Shown here: positions 32,801 to 41,860 of the stretch, piece after piece
Layout: each line of letters starts with the position of its first letter
How positions within the stretch are numbered: the stretch's first letter is position 1
Source of the DNA: an uncultured Oscillospiraceae bacterium
GTDB taxonomy: Bacteria > Bacillota > Clostridia > Oscillospirales > Oscillospiraceae
Assembly: GCA_963557105.1 (NCBI GenBank)
Contig: CAUWCX010000008.1
Span: 143 to 64,142, forward strand
Direction of reading: 5' to 3'
Length of the DNA stretch: 64,000 nucleotides
Translations under genes and position numbers: made by a program
The notes under the pieces: model-generated
The model's input: the letters and a program-made list of their open reading frames with translations, nothing else
What the model was told of the DNA's origin: nothing
The model's database searches: none

Positions 32801-32964
32801 AAAGAAACCGTTGTATTCGTTATCGAATCAGCGGTTTCTTTGCATTTTAAGGCTGATTCTGATATTAAAAGTTGAATGCACAATCCCGTCAAAATCTGTT
32901 TACCCCTAAATTTACCCCAAACAGATAAAATACCCCGCCGAACAACTCCTTCGGCGGGATATTT

Positions 32965-34146
32965 TTACGCCTGCTTGGCGGCCAGATTATTATAGTATGT
33001 TTGCATCCGGGCAGCAGTGTCCTTTTTCATTTGGTCGCTGGTATGGGCATAGACATTCAAGGTAAAGCTGGCAGTAGCGTGTCCCAGCATATCCTGTACG
33101 CTCTTGATATCTGCACCGGCGGCAATCGCAACCGTGGCCGCTGTGTGCCGAAGATCGTGGGGCCGTGCATCTGGCCTGCCGATGCTTCCCGCAAGACGTT
33201 TAAAGGCTTTGTAAAAGGTGGACACCGCCAAATGCTTCCCCAGTTCATCCGTGAAAACGAGGTTGTCCGGGTTACTCCACAGCGGGCCAGCGGCCAGTTG
33301 ATTTTCAGCTTGCCGCCGCTTCTCTGCCCGCAGATATTGAAAAGCGATTTCGGGCGGCTCTATCTGCCGGGGCTTGCCACTCTTTGTACTGGCGGCAATA
33401 TAGTATTTTCCGCCCTTCTTCTTTTCACGCTGCAACTGCTGACTGATGACAATACGCCGTGCATCAAAATCGATTTGTCCCCAGGACAGCCCCATGCACT
33501 CCCCTTCTCGCAGTCCAGCGAACAGGCAGAGTGCAAAAGCATTCCCCATTGGATTTCCTTCAATGGCTTTCAGAAAGAGGGGAATCTCTGCATCCGTGAG
33601 CGGTTGGATTTCTTTATGTATGGCCTTCGGCAGTTCGGCGGCGTCACAGGGATTCGCTTGTATCATACCCTGCTTCAACGCCACAGAAAACGCTTTGTGC
33701 ATGATTGCAGAGACGTTTTTAACCGTCTTGGGTGAAAGCCCGTCAGCAGCCATTGCGTTATAGAGTTTTTGAATGTGGATACCGCGGACTGCCTGTAACC
33801 GAAGCGCACCTATCTGCGGTTTGATGTGGTTTTTGATTGCCGCCTCATAGCTGCTGTATGTCAGCGGTTTCAGCTTTGCAACACAAAATGTTCCCATCCA
33901 GGTATCCAGCCAGCTGGAAACCGTGGTTTTATCCGTTGGCCGATACGTCCCGTTATCAATTGCCCGCTGGGTATCCGTCATTTTTCGGCGGACTTCCGCC
34001 TGTGTCTTTCCATAGATGGATTTCCGAACCGGCTTTCCTGTTCCCGGATCAGCGCCAACGGTCAACCGCCCTTCCCAAGTGCCGTCCGGCCTCTGCCGGA
34101 TTGTCCCGGCCCCTGCCGCTGCACGAGTATTCGATTTTCTAGGCAT
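32965..34146 (-). CDS. int: Tyrosine-type site-specific integrase
   Basis: 393 aa. ARPHDLRHTAATVAIAAGADIKSVQDMLGHATASFTLNVYAH catalytic signature. N-terminal arm/SAM-like region. Confidence 0.9.
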   Translation of the reverse strand: MPRKSNTRAAAGAGTIRQRPDGTWEGRLTVGADPGTGKPVRKSIYGKTQAEVRRKMTDTQRAIDNGTYRPTDKTTVSSWLDTWMGTFCVAKLKPLTYSSYEAAIKNHIKPQIGALRLQAVRGIHIQKLYNAMAADGLSPKTVKNVSAIMHKAFSVALKQGMIQANPCDAAELPKAIHKEIQPLTDAEIPLFLKAIEGNPMGNAFALCLFAGLREGECMGLSWGQIDFDARRIVISQQLQREKKKGGKYYIAASTKSGKPRQIEPPEIAFQYLRAEKRRQAENQLAAGPLWSNPDNLVFTDELGKHLAVSTFYKAFKRLAGSIGRPDARPHDLRHTAATVAIAAGADIKSVQDMLGHATASFTLNVYAHTSDQMKKDTAARMQTYYNNLAAKQA

Positions 34147-34413
34147 TGCAAATCCTCCTTCAGTTGTGGTAAGATGGAGGAGCAGTAGGCGTGGGAGTTT
34201 ACTGCCCCCCTACCATAAGCGCAGAGGAAACGGAATTGGACGCAGGCGCTAGAAAAAACAGAACAAAAATCAAGAATGTGTTCCAGCACCCCCACTGAAT
34301 CATCCCTATTTTCAATAGTCTGGATATTTTTCATGATTATTTGTTCATCAGCAAAGAACAGTATCAAAAGCCGCTGACAGGCGGTAAACATATTTGTGTG
34401 TGAGGTAAAGAGA

Positions 34414-35307
34414 ATGGGGAAAGTATTCGGGGTTATTGTATTCCTTCTTTCATCGTTTATTTATCATGCAATAGGCAGTATGTTTTTTCCTGTGGATGAA
34501 GTAACAAATACACTTCTTGCGCCAGATTGGTATGTATTTGTTATTCTTGGGCTAGGTGCAGCTACTACATTTGGATTAAATTTTTTGATAAAGAAAAGAT
34601 CAAAATCCGATGTTTTAGGAGCGAGAAATCATATTGCTGAAGAAAATCTTCCTACTTTGTACGGAGATGCTATTGATTTGATTTTTAAGTACGACCAAGC
34701 TTCTGCAAGCCTGCTTCAAAGATATTTAAAGATCAGTTTTAGCAACGCGGAAAGCATATTGAAGTGTTTTGAATCAGCCAAAATAGTATCTGAGTTTTCT
34801 GGAACCTATCCGAGGATAATACTCGCAAGCGACCCAGCTTTTGCCAAAAGAATGTTAAACAGGTGGTTAGTTGAAAACGGTTCCTTGAGCAAAGGATCAA
34901 CTGAAAATTTGGGGGATAACGATTCAGTGAAACCAAATTTTAGCAAAATCGATTTTATGGCTGGTCATGATTTTGAATACTGGTGCGCTGACTTGTTGCG
35001 AAAAAATGAGTTTAAAAATGTAGAAGTTACAAAGGGGAGCGGAGATCAAGGCGTTGATGTTTTGGCCGAAAAAGGTGGCATCAAGTATGCTATTCAGTGC
35101 AAGTGCTATTCTAGCGACTTGGGAAATACGCCAATTCAAGAAGTTGAGGCAGGGCGTATTTTTTACGGTTGCCATGTGGGCGTTGTCATGACAAACCGTT
35201 ATTTTACAAAAGGCGCAAAAGAGCTTGCCGAAAAGACAAATACATTACTCTGGGATAGGGACTTTCTTTTCTCTCTTTCAAAAAATGTTGCTTTAGGAAA
35301 GGAGTAA
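34414..35307 (+). CDS. Membrane-anchored protein with FtsK-gamma-like wHTH and C-terminal Mrr-cat (PD-(D/E)xK) nuclease domain
   Basis: Two N-terminal TM helices. YGDAIDLIFKYDQASASLLQRYLKISFSNAESILKCFESAKIV (FtsK gamma-like). FEYWCADLLRKNEFKNVEVTKGSGDQGVDVLAEKGGIKYAIQCKCY..VVMTNRYFTKGAKELAEK (Mrr catalytic pattern). Confidence 0.7.
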   Translation: MGKVFGVIVFLLSSFIYHAIGSMFFPVDEVTNTLLAPDWYVFVILGLGAATTFGLNFLIKKRSKSDVLGARNHIAEENLPTLYGDAIDLIFKYDQASASLLQRYLKISFSNAESILKCFESAKIVSEFSGTYPRIILASDPAFAKRMLNRWLVENGSLSKGSTENLGDNDSVKPNFSKIDFMAGHDFEYWCADLLRKNEFKNVEVTKGSGDQGVDVLAEKGGIKYAIQCKCYSSDLGNTPIQEVEAGRIFYGCHVGVVMTNRYFTKGAKELAEKTNTLLWDRDFLFSLSKNVALGKE

Positions 35308-35530
35308 CACGAGAAAAGCACTAATGATAATCCATGTGTGCATCATTGCTCTATGGTTATGGCGACAGTTGGGTTTTCCCATCTATTTCCAGCCTGTTAG
35401 CGTTGGCATTTGTTTTAATCAGCTTGCCCATTAACAGACTTTTCTCCTTGTGGAACATGCAAACCTTAAAATTAAAATCCCCGCCGGGTTATGAGTGTTT
35501 TGTGATCGGATTCCCCCCTCCTTCTGCGCC

Positions 35531-35572
35531 AATCCGCAATCCATGATTTATCAATGGATTGCGGATTTTTCT
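35531..35572 (+). terminator. Terminator just outside the right repeat (probable original tRNA-operon terminator)
   Basis: AATCCGCAATCCAT (35531-35544) pairs with ATGGATTGCGGATT (35554-35567), followed by TTTTTC. Confidence 0.6.
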
Positions 35573-35674
35573 TTATCCCCTGTTCAGCAAGAGGCCCCGC
35601 CCATCACCGGGCGGAGCCTCTTTTCTTTTTGTTTCGTTTCTAAACGATCCCCAGTGTATTTGGCGGGCAGCGCA

Positions 35675-36394
35675 TCAGGCGAACTCATCCTCCTGTCGCT
35701 GCTGGATCATGCGGTAGCCCACGCCGATGTGGGTCTGGATGTACTGGGGATGGCTGGGATCGGCCTCCAGCTTCTTGCGCAGCGTGGCCATGAACACCCG
35801 CAGGGACGGGGTGTCGGCGGCCGTGGGGCTGCCCCAGACCTCCCCCAGGATATAGTTGTGGGTCAGCACCTTCCCGGTGTTTTTCGCCAGCAGGCACAGC
35901 AGCTTATACTCAATTGGGGTCAGGTGGACCTCCACGCCGTCCCGGTAAACGCACCCGGCGGCGTAGTCGATCCACAGTCCGCCGTTCTCGTAGACGCTGG
36001 ACTCCTCCCGGGCCCGCTGGCTGTCATAGCGCACCCGGCGCAGAGCCACCCACAGCCGGGCCAGCAGCTCGTCCACAGAGAAGGGCTTGGTGAGGTAGTC
36101 GTCCGCCCCGGCGTCCAGGGCGGCCACCTTGTCGCTGTCCTCGCTGCGGGCAGAGATCACAATAATGGGCAGATTGCTCCAGGCCCGCACCTTTTTGATG
36201 ACCTTCACCCCGTCCATATCGGGCAGGCCCAGGTCCAGCAGCATCACATCCGGCCGGTAGCTGAGGGCGTCCATAATGGCCCCCGCCCCGGATTTGGCCC
36301 GGTGGTACTGATAATTTTGCGTCTCCAGCGTTGTGGCGATGAGATTGCCCACAGCGGCGTCGTCCTCTACAATCAAGATCTGCGGCTTATTCAC
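35675..36394 (-). CDS. kdpE: OmpR-family response regulator, KdpE-like
   Basis: Receiver domain (ILIVEDD..DLGLPDMDG..) plus winged-helix output (HLTPIEYKLLCLLAKNTGKVLTHNYILGEVWG). Confidence 0.8.
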   Translation of the reverse strand: MNKPQILIVEDDAAVGNLIATTLETQNYQYHRAKSGAGAIMDALSYRPDVMLLDLGLPDMDGVKVIKKVRAWSNLPIIVISARSEDSDKVAALDAGADDYLTKPFSVDELLARLWVALRRVRYDSQRAREESSVYENGGLWIDYAAGCVYRDGVEVHLTPIEYKLLCLLAKNTGKVLTHNYILGEVWGSPTAADTPSLRVFMATLRKKLEADPSHPQYIQTHIGVGYRMIQQRQEDEFA

Positions 36395-37769
36395 AGCCTG
36401 TCACCTCCGAAGTTTGTAAGGTAAAGCGGAATACCGTCCCGTGGGGCGGATTGTCCAGGGCCTCAAGGGTCCCGCCGTGGGCCAGGATGATGGACCGGCA
36501 CAGGGCCAGTCCCAATCCCATCCCCCGCCGGCCATCCCCACGGGCGTTGTTTCCGGTATAAAACATCTCAAACAGCTTCCCCCGGGCCTCCGCCGGGATG
36601 CCGGGGCCGTCGTCGGCGATCTGCACCTGGACCTGCTCCCCCAGCCGCCGGGCGGAGAGGACGATGTGGGACCCCTCCGGCGTATATTTAATGGCATTGT
36701 TCACCATGTTGATCACCACCTGCACCATGAGCCGGGCGTCCATATCCGCCATAAGCAGGTCATCCTCCAGGTCCACGGCGATCTGGTGGCGGCTGGCATT
36801 GCGGTCCAGGTGGCCCAGGGCCTCACTGAACACATCCTCGATCAGCTCCGGCTGAAGGTTCAGCTTCATGGCGCCGCCCTCCATCCGGGTGATGGACAGC
36901 AGGTTCTCCACCAGGCTGATGAGCCACATGGCGTCGTCGTAGATGGAGACATAGAGGCCCTGCCGCTTCTCCTCGTCCAGCACCGCGCCGTTGCGCATGA
37001 GGATGCCGGCGTTGCCGGATATGCTGGTGAGCGGGGTCCGCAGGTCGTGGGAGATGGCCCACAGAAGATTGGCCCGCAGGGCCTCCTGCCGTGCCTCCTC
37101 CTCCACCCGCTGCTTGGCGGCCACCATGCGCTCCTTCTCCAGGGCCAGGCCGCACTCGCCCAGAATGGCGGTCATGAGGTTCTTCTCAAAGGCGTCCGGC
37201 CTGCGCCGCGCCGTCACCGCAACGCCCACCACCGCCAGGACACGGCCGGAGCCCCGCACCGCCATGTAGAAGCACGCCGCATCCGGCAGCGTGCCGGTGG
37301 TCGCCCCGGCGTGCTTGTTGTTTTTGCACACCCACTCCGCAGCGGCCCGCTCCTCCCCCGTCAGCAGGGCGTCCATATCCGCCTGCGCCAACACGGGGAA
37401 GCGCATGGCCTCCTGCAGCTCTCCCGCCTCGTCCACCGGGTAGATCACCAGATCCCGCTCCAGGAGCTTTTTCAGCTGGGTGGCGGTGACGGACAGTATG
37501 GCCGCGTCCCCCTCCGCCTTCTGCAGCTTCCGGCTGGTCTCCAGCAGCACCTCCGTGCGGTAGGCCTTGTTGGCGCTCTGGACCGCCTGGCGCTTGATGC
37601 GGGTGGTCAGGGAGCTGCCCAGCAGAGCCACAATGAACATCACCCCAAAGGTGGCCAGGTAACTGGGGTCGCTCATGAGGGTGAAGTAGGGGGAGGTGAA
37701 GAAAAAGTTGAAGATCAGCACGGAGAGGACCGACGCCGCCATGCTGTAGCTCCGGCCAGTGGTGACCAT
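36387..37769 (-). CDS. Sensor histidine kinase, KdpD C-terminal type (DUF4118-like TM, GAF-like, HisKA, HATPase); possibly 5'-truncated
   Basis: ISHDLRTPLTSI H-box and a DDGPGIP..GLGLALCRSI ATPase. SVLSVLIFNFFFTSPYFTL matches the KdpD membrane region. Start assigned to ATG 37767-37769. The longer track ORF is antisense to trkH. Confidence 0.65.
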   Translation of the reverse strand: MVTTGRSYSMAASVLSVLIFNFFFTSPYFTLMSDPSYLATFGVMFIVALLGSSLTTRIKRQAVQSANKAYRTEVLLETSRKLQKAEGDAAILSVTATQLKKLLERDLVIYPVDEAGELQEAMRFPVLAQADMDALLTGEERAAAEWVCKNNKHAGATTGTLPDAACFYMAVRGSGRVLAVVGVAVTARRRPDAFEKNLMTAILGECGLALEKERMVAAKQRVEEEARQEALRANLLWAISHDLRTPLTSISGNAGILMRNGAVLDEEKRQGLYVSIYDDAMWLISLVENLLSITRMEGGAMKLNLQPELIEDVFSEALGHLDRNASRHQIAVDLEDDLLMADMDARLMVQVVINMVNNAIKYTPEGSHIVLSARRLGEQVQVQIADDGPGIPAEARGKLFEMFYTGNNARGDGRRGMGLGLALCRSIILAHGGTLEALDNPPHGTVFRFTLQTSEVTGCE

Positions 37770-37791
37770 GGACACCCCCAGCACTCCCAGG

Positions 37792-39132
37792 ATGAAGAGC
37801 GAGCGTGTCTCGCCGGCCCAGATCATTATTCTGGGCTTTCTGTTTTTGATCCTGGGCGGCGCGCTGCTGCTCACCCTGCCCATTGCCACCAACGGCCCCG
37901 GCGGGGCCTCCTTCTTCGACGCCCTCTTTACCGCCACCTCCGCCACCTGCGTCACCGGCCTGGTGGTCCACGACACCTCCCTGTACTGGTCGCCCTTCGG
38001 GCAGCTGGTCATCCTGCTGCTGATCCAGATCGGCGGCATGGGCGTGGTCACCACGGCGGTGGCCATCTTTATGTTCTCCGGCAGGCGCATCGGCCTGAAG
38101 CAGCGCTGGGTCATGCAGGAGTCCATCTCCGCCCCCCAGGTGGGCGGCATCGTCCGCATGACCAGCTTCATTTTAAAGGCCGCTTTCTCCATCGAAGCCG
38201 CCGGGGCCATTCTGCTGGCTCTGCGCTTCTGCCCCCAGTTTGGCTTTTGGAAAGGGCTGTGGTACGCCGTTTTCCACGCCATTTCCGCCTTCTGCAACGC
38301 AGGCTTCGACCTCATGGGCACGGAAAGCGCCGCCTACTCCTCCCTCACCGCCTACACCGGCGACCCCCTGATCAGCGGGACCATCGCCGGGCTGATCATC
38401 CTGGGTGGCCTGGGCTTTCTCACCTGGCACGATGTCCGGGACCACGGCGTCCACTTCCGCCGCTACCGCCTGCAGAGCAAGCTGATCCTCTGTACCACGG
38501 CGGCGCTGCTGCTGGGCGGCTTTCTCTTCTTTGCCCTCTACGAGTTCCGTCTGCCCCAGTGGCAGGGCCTCACCGGGCAGGAGCGGGTGGTGGCCGCGGC
38601 CTTCCAGTCGGTGACCCCCCGCACCGCCGGGTTCAACACCGTGGATCTCACCCAGCTCAGCTCCCCCAGCCTGCTGCTGATGATCCTGCTGATGCTCACC
38701 GGCGGCGCCCCCGGCTCCACCGCCGGCGGCTTCAAGGTCACCACCCTGGTGATCCTGCTGCTGAGCGTCCGGGCGGTGTTCCGCCGAAAGGACAGCGCCC
38801 AGTGCTTTGGTCGCCGCCTGCCGGAGGATGTGCTCCCCAGCGCCAGCGCCATCTTTATCCTGTATCTGCTGCTGTTTTTGGCCAGCGGCGTAGCCATCTG
38901 CTGTCTGGACGGCATCCCCCTCATGAGCGCCCTCTTTGAGACCGCCTCCGCCATTGGCACCGTGGGGCTGTCCCTGGCCGGCACCGCCGCCCTCTCCGTC
39001 CCCTCCCGGATGATCCTCATCTTCCTGATGTACTTCGGCCGGGTGGGCGGCCTGACCATGATCTACGCCGTCATCGCCGGCGGGCGCAGCTCCGGCGCCC
39101 AGTACCCCCAGGAGCGTGTTACTGTTGGATAA
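37792..39132 (+). CDS. trkH: TrkH/KtrB-family potassium uptake membrane subunit
   Basis: MKSERVSPAQIIILGFLFLILGGALLLTLP..FDALFTATSATCVTGL, plus repeated pore-loop motifs (GFNT, GGAPGSTAGGFK). Confidence 0.85.
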   Translation: MKSERVSPAQIIILGFLFLILGGALLLTLPIATNGPGGASFFDALFTATSATCVTGLVVHDTSLYWSPFGQLVILLLIQIGGMGVVTTAVAIFMFSGRRIGLKQRWVMQESISAPQVGGIVRMTSFILKAAFSIEAAGAILLALRFCPQFGFWKGLWYAVFHAISAFCNAGFDLMGTESAAYSSLTAYTGDPLISGTIAGLIILGGLGFLTWHDVRDHGVHFRRYRLQSKLILCTTAALLLGGFLFFALYEFRLPQWQGLTGQERVVAAAFQSVTPRTAGFNTVDLTQLSSPSLLLMILLMLTGGAPGSTAGGFKVTTLVILLLSVRAVFRRKDSAQCFGRRLPEDVLPSASAIFILYLLLFLASGVAICCLDGIPLMSALFETASAIGTVGLSLAGTAALSVPSRMILIFLMYFGRVGGLTMIYAVIAGGRSSGAQYPQERVTVG

Positions 39133-39150
39133 ACAGAGAAAGGAAAACTG

Positions 39151-39798
39151 ATGAAATCTGTATTACTGATCGGCCTGGGCCGCTTTGGCCGCCACATGGC
39201 CCAAAAGCTGCGGGAGCTGCACCACGAGGTGCTGGCGGTGGACAGGAACGAGGATCGGGTCAACGACGCCCTGCCCTACGTCACCAACGCCCAGATCGGC
39301 GACAGCACCAACGAGCAGTTCATCGCCTCCCTGGGGGTGCGGAACTTCGACCTGTGCGTGGTCACCATCGGCGACGACTTCCAGAGCTCCCTGGAGACCA
39401 CCGCCCTGCTGAAGGAGCAGGGCGCCCCCTTCGTGGTTGCCCGGGCCAACCGGGACGTCCACGCCAAATTTCTGCTCCACAACGGGGCTGACGATGTGAT
39501 CTACCCGGAAAAGCAGATGGCCGCCTGGGCGGCGGTGCGCTACAGCAGCGAGCACATCTTCGACTATGGGGAGCTGACGGAGGACCACGCCATTGTGGAG
39601 ACCGCCGTCCCCGCCAACTGGGTGGGCAAGACGGTGCTGGAGATCGATGTGCGGAAAAAGTACCGCATCAACATCCTGGCCACCCGGCGGGGCGGGAAGC
39701 TGGAGCCTCTGCCCGGCGCCGCCCACTGCTTCCAGGGGGATGAGACCATGTTCATCCTGGGGGACAACAGAGACGTGCAGAAATTCCTGCACCTGTAA
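39151..39798 (+). CDS. trkA: TrkA/KtrA-family potassium uptake NAD-binding subunit
   Basis: LLIGLGRFGRHMA Rossmann motif (TrkA-N) and a TrkA-C-like C-terminus. Confidence 0.85.
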   Translation: MKSVLLIGLGRFGRHMAQKLRELHHEVLAVDRNEDRVNDALPYVTNAQIGDSTNEQFIASLGVRNFDLCVVTIGDDFQSSLETTALLKEQGAPFVVARANRDVHAKFLLHNGADDVIYPEKQMAAWAAVRYSSEHIFDYGELTEDHAIVETAVPANWVGKTVLEIDVRKKYRINILATRRGGKLEPLPGAAHCFQGDETMFILGDNRDVQKFLHL

Positions 39799-39820
39799 CC
39801 GTCTGCAGCCAACAAACCGA

Positions 39821-39865
39821 ACTGCCCCGGACTTGTACCGCTCATGCAGGTCCGGGGCAGTTTCT
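39821..39865 (+). terminator. Intrinsic terminator after trkA
   Basis: ACTGCCCCGGAC (39821-39832) pairs with GTCCGGGGCAGT (39850-39861), then TTCT. Confidence 0.6.
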
Positions 39866-40043
39866 CATCAGCGGCAGCACGGCGGAATCCCCGGGCAGAT
39901 CCGGCAAGGTTTCCCTCCCACAAGCTGCAGCTGCTCTTCACCGCACTTTTTTACTCTGCTCCGAAAAAGAATCTTTTGCATTCTTCCTCCTGTTGGTGTA
40001 GAATAGAAGCCGTGTAATTCCGAAAAAAGGAGATATCCTACCG

Positions 40044-41054
40044 ATGAACAACTGCGTCATCCCCGCGGGCTACCGCACCCCGCTGTATGGCTACGATATG
40101 CAGCGGGCCATCGAATTCGTCAAAAGCAGCTTTCAAGAAAACTTGAAATTCGCCCTGAATCTCCGCCGGGTCTCCGCCCCCCTGTTCGTGGACCGGGACT
40201 CCGGCCTCAACGACAACCTCAGCGGTGTGGAGCGGCCGGTGAGCTTTGATATCCCCGCCGTGGGCGGCGCCACCGGCGAGGTGGTCCACTCCCTGGCCAA
40301 GTGGAAGCGCCTGGCCCTGAAGCGGTACAACTTCTACCCCGGCAACGGCCTGTACACCGACATGAACGCCATTCGCCGGGACGAGCGCCTGGACAACATC
40401 CACTCCGTCTATGTGGACCAGTGGGACTGGGAGAAGGTCATCACCCGTGAGGAGCGCAACGAGGCCTATCTCAAATACACCGTCCGCTCCATCGTGGGCG
40501 CTGTGTGCGACACCTGCGACGCCCTGCGCCGGGCCTTCCCCCAGCTGAACATCAAGCTCAGCCGGGATGTGACCTTTATCACCACCCAGGAGCTGGAGGA
40601 TATGTTCCCCGAGCTGACCCCCAGCCAGCGGGAGATGGAGATCTGCAAGCTCCACAAAACCGTTTTCCTCATGCAGATCGGTGGCAAGCTCCGCTCCGGC
40701 AAGCCCCACGACAGCCGTGCCCCGGACTACGACGACTGGAGCCTCAACGGCGACATCCTCATGTGGAACGAGGTGCTGGGCCGGGCCTTTGAGATCTCCT
40801 CCATGGGTATCCGGGTGGACGAGGAGAGTCTGGACCGCCAGCTGAAGCTCTCCGGCTGTGAGGACCGCCGGGGTCTGCCCTACCACCAGATGCTGCTGAA
40901 CGGCCAGCTGCCCCTGACCATCGGCGGCGGTATCGGTCAGAGCCGCCTGTGTATGCTGATGCTGGGCTGCTGCCACATCGGCGAGGTGCAGGTGAGCCTG
41001 TGGGACGAGGAGACTATGGCCGTCTGTCAGGCGGCTGGGGTGCATCTGCTGTAG
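40044..41054 (+). CDS. asnA: Aspartate--ammonia ligase (asparagine synthetase A)
   Basis: 336 aa. FALNLRRVSAPLFV..GLNDNLSG..DQWDWEKVI..GGGIGQSRLCMLML are AsnA hallmarks. Confidence 0.9.
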   Translation: MNNCVIPAGYRTPLYGYDMQRAIEFVKSSFQENLKFALNLRRVSAPLFVDRDSGLNDNLSGVERPVSFDIPAVGGATGEVVHSLAKWKRLALKRYNFYPGNGLYTDMNAIRRDERLDNIHSVYVDQWDWEKVITREERNEAYLKYTVRSIVGAVCDTCDALRRAFPQLNIKLSRDVTFITTQELEDMFPELTPSQREMEICKLHKTVFLMQIGGKLRSGKPHDSRAPDYDDWSLNGDILMWNEVLGRAFEISSMGIRVDEESLDRQLKLSGCEDRRGLPYHQMLLNGQLPLTIGGGIGQSRLCMLMLGCCHIGEVQVSLWDEETMAVCQAAGVHLL

Positions 41055-41139
41055 GTTTTTCTGGTTTTTTGGGGGAGATTCGCCCTTTGCCGGGGGAGAC
41101 GAAGAATTGTTCTTCTCCAACCTTGTGGGGCTGCCCACC

Positions 41140-41780
41140 CCACGCCCCGGGGCGCTCGGGGTCTGCCCGGCCCCGGGCCCCGGGTTTCCCCGGGGATTCC
41201 ATCCCCGAACCCCGAGTTACTTTTTGCTCGTGCAAAAAGTAACCAAAAACACGCTCAGGAGGGGGACACTTTCGATTGTGTCCCCCTCCTGAGAACCACC
41301 CCCCGCAACGACCAAAAGGGGGCGCCTGCCCCCTATTTGGATTCTCCCCGCCAGCCCTGATAGTTGTTCTACCTCAACAACATGGCACCGCGCCGCCGCG
41401 GCGCGGGGTTTTGCGGGGGCTACCGCCCCCCATCCCCCCGAGATTTTCGTGGGGGCGTATCCCTACCTCTACAAAAGCCACTCGCCCCTGGGGCGAGAAT
41501 CAAATTGACCAAGACGAGAGCAGACTACCGTGTGGTCCCGGAAATGTCGGTGCCGCACCATTACCCAGCTTCTTGTGGTGCAACCTGCCCCCAGGGCAGC
41601 TCGGGGGGTAGCCCCTCTGGCGAGGGGGCGAAGCCCCCTTGAAGATGTCGTTGCGGGGGGTGGTTCTTAGGAGGGGGACACAATCGAAAGTGTCCCCTTC
41701 CTAAGTGCCCCTTTGGTTACTTTCCCGGCATGGGGAAAGTAACCCGGGGTCCGGGGGCGGAACCCCCGGGCCTGCCGACA
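41140..41780. repeat. Nested inverted-repeat (MITE-like) element in the asnA-pepD spacer
   Basis: 59-bp arms at 41254-41312 and 41647-41705 (56/59 complementary by hand). Each arm contains its own palindrome AGGAGGGGGACAC..GTGTCCCCCTCCT. Outer hairpins at 41214-41243 and 41715-41744. G/C-rich outer arms are also mutually complementary. Confidence 0.7.
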
Positions 41781-41860
41781 AGCAGAATCTCCCTCCCCCC
41801 CAAAACAAAAACAAAATCTCTATTTTCCGCCGCCACCGGCGGCGGAGGAAAGGACGATCA

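Larger units (their letters stand above)
32785..35532. mobile_element. ~2.7 kb integrative islet in the 3' end of tRNA-Ser(GCT), bounded by 17-bp direct repeats
   Basis: CCCTCCTTCTGCGCCAA occurs at 32785-32801 (tRNA 3' end) and at 35516-35532. Integrase lies adjacent to the tRNA copy. Cargo is AT-rich. Confidence 0.8.

Noticed and set aside
34062-34391. 109-aa minus-strand ORF upstream of the islet integrase as a possible excisionase
   Set aside because: It overlaps the integrase start out of frame and shows no HTH pattern. Only its first ~25 codons lie in the intergenic DNA.
35334-35546. 70-aa ORF at the right end of the tRNA-Ser islet
   Set aside because: No SD. It crosses the att repeat and has an implausible composition. 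Probably non-coding.
41276-41642. ORFs of 92-111 aa inside the asnA-pepD spacer
   Set aside because: They translate the G/C-rich inverted repeats into Pro/Gly/Arg runs, have no SD, and are mirrored on the other strand. Treated as non-coding repeat sequence.
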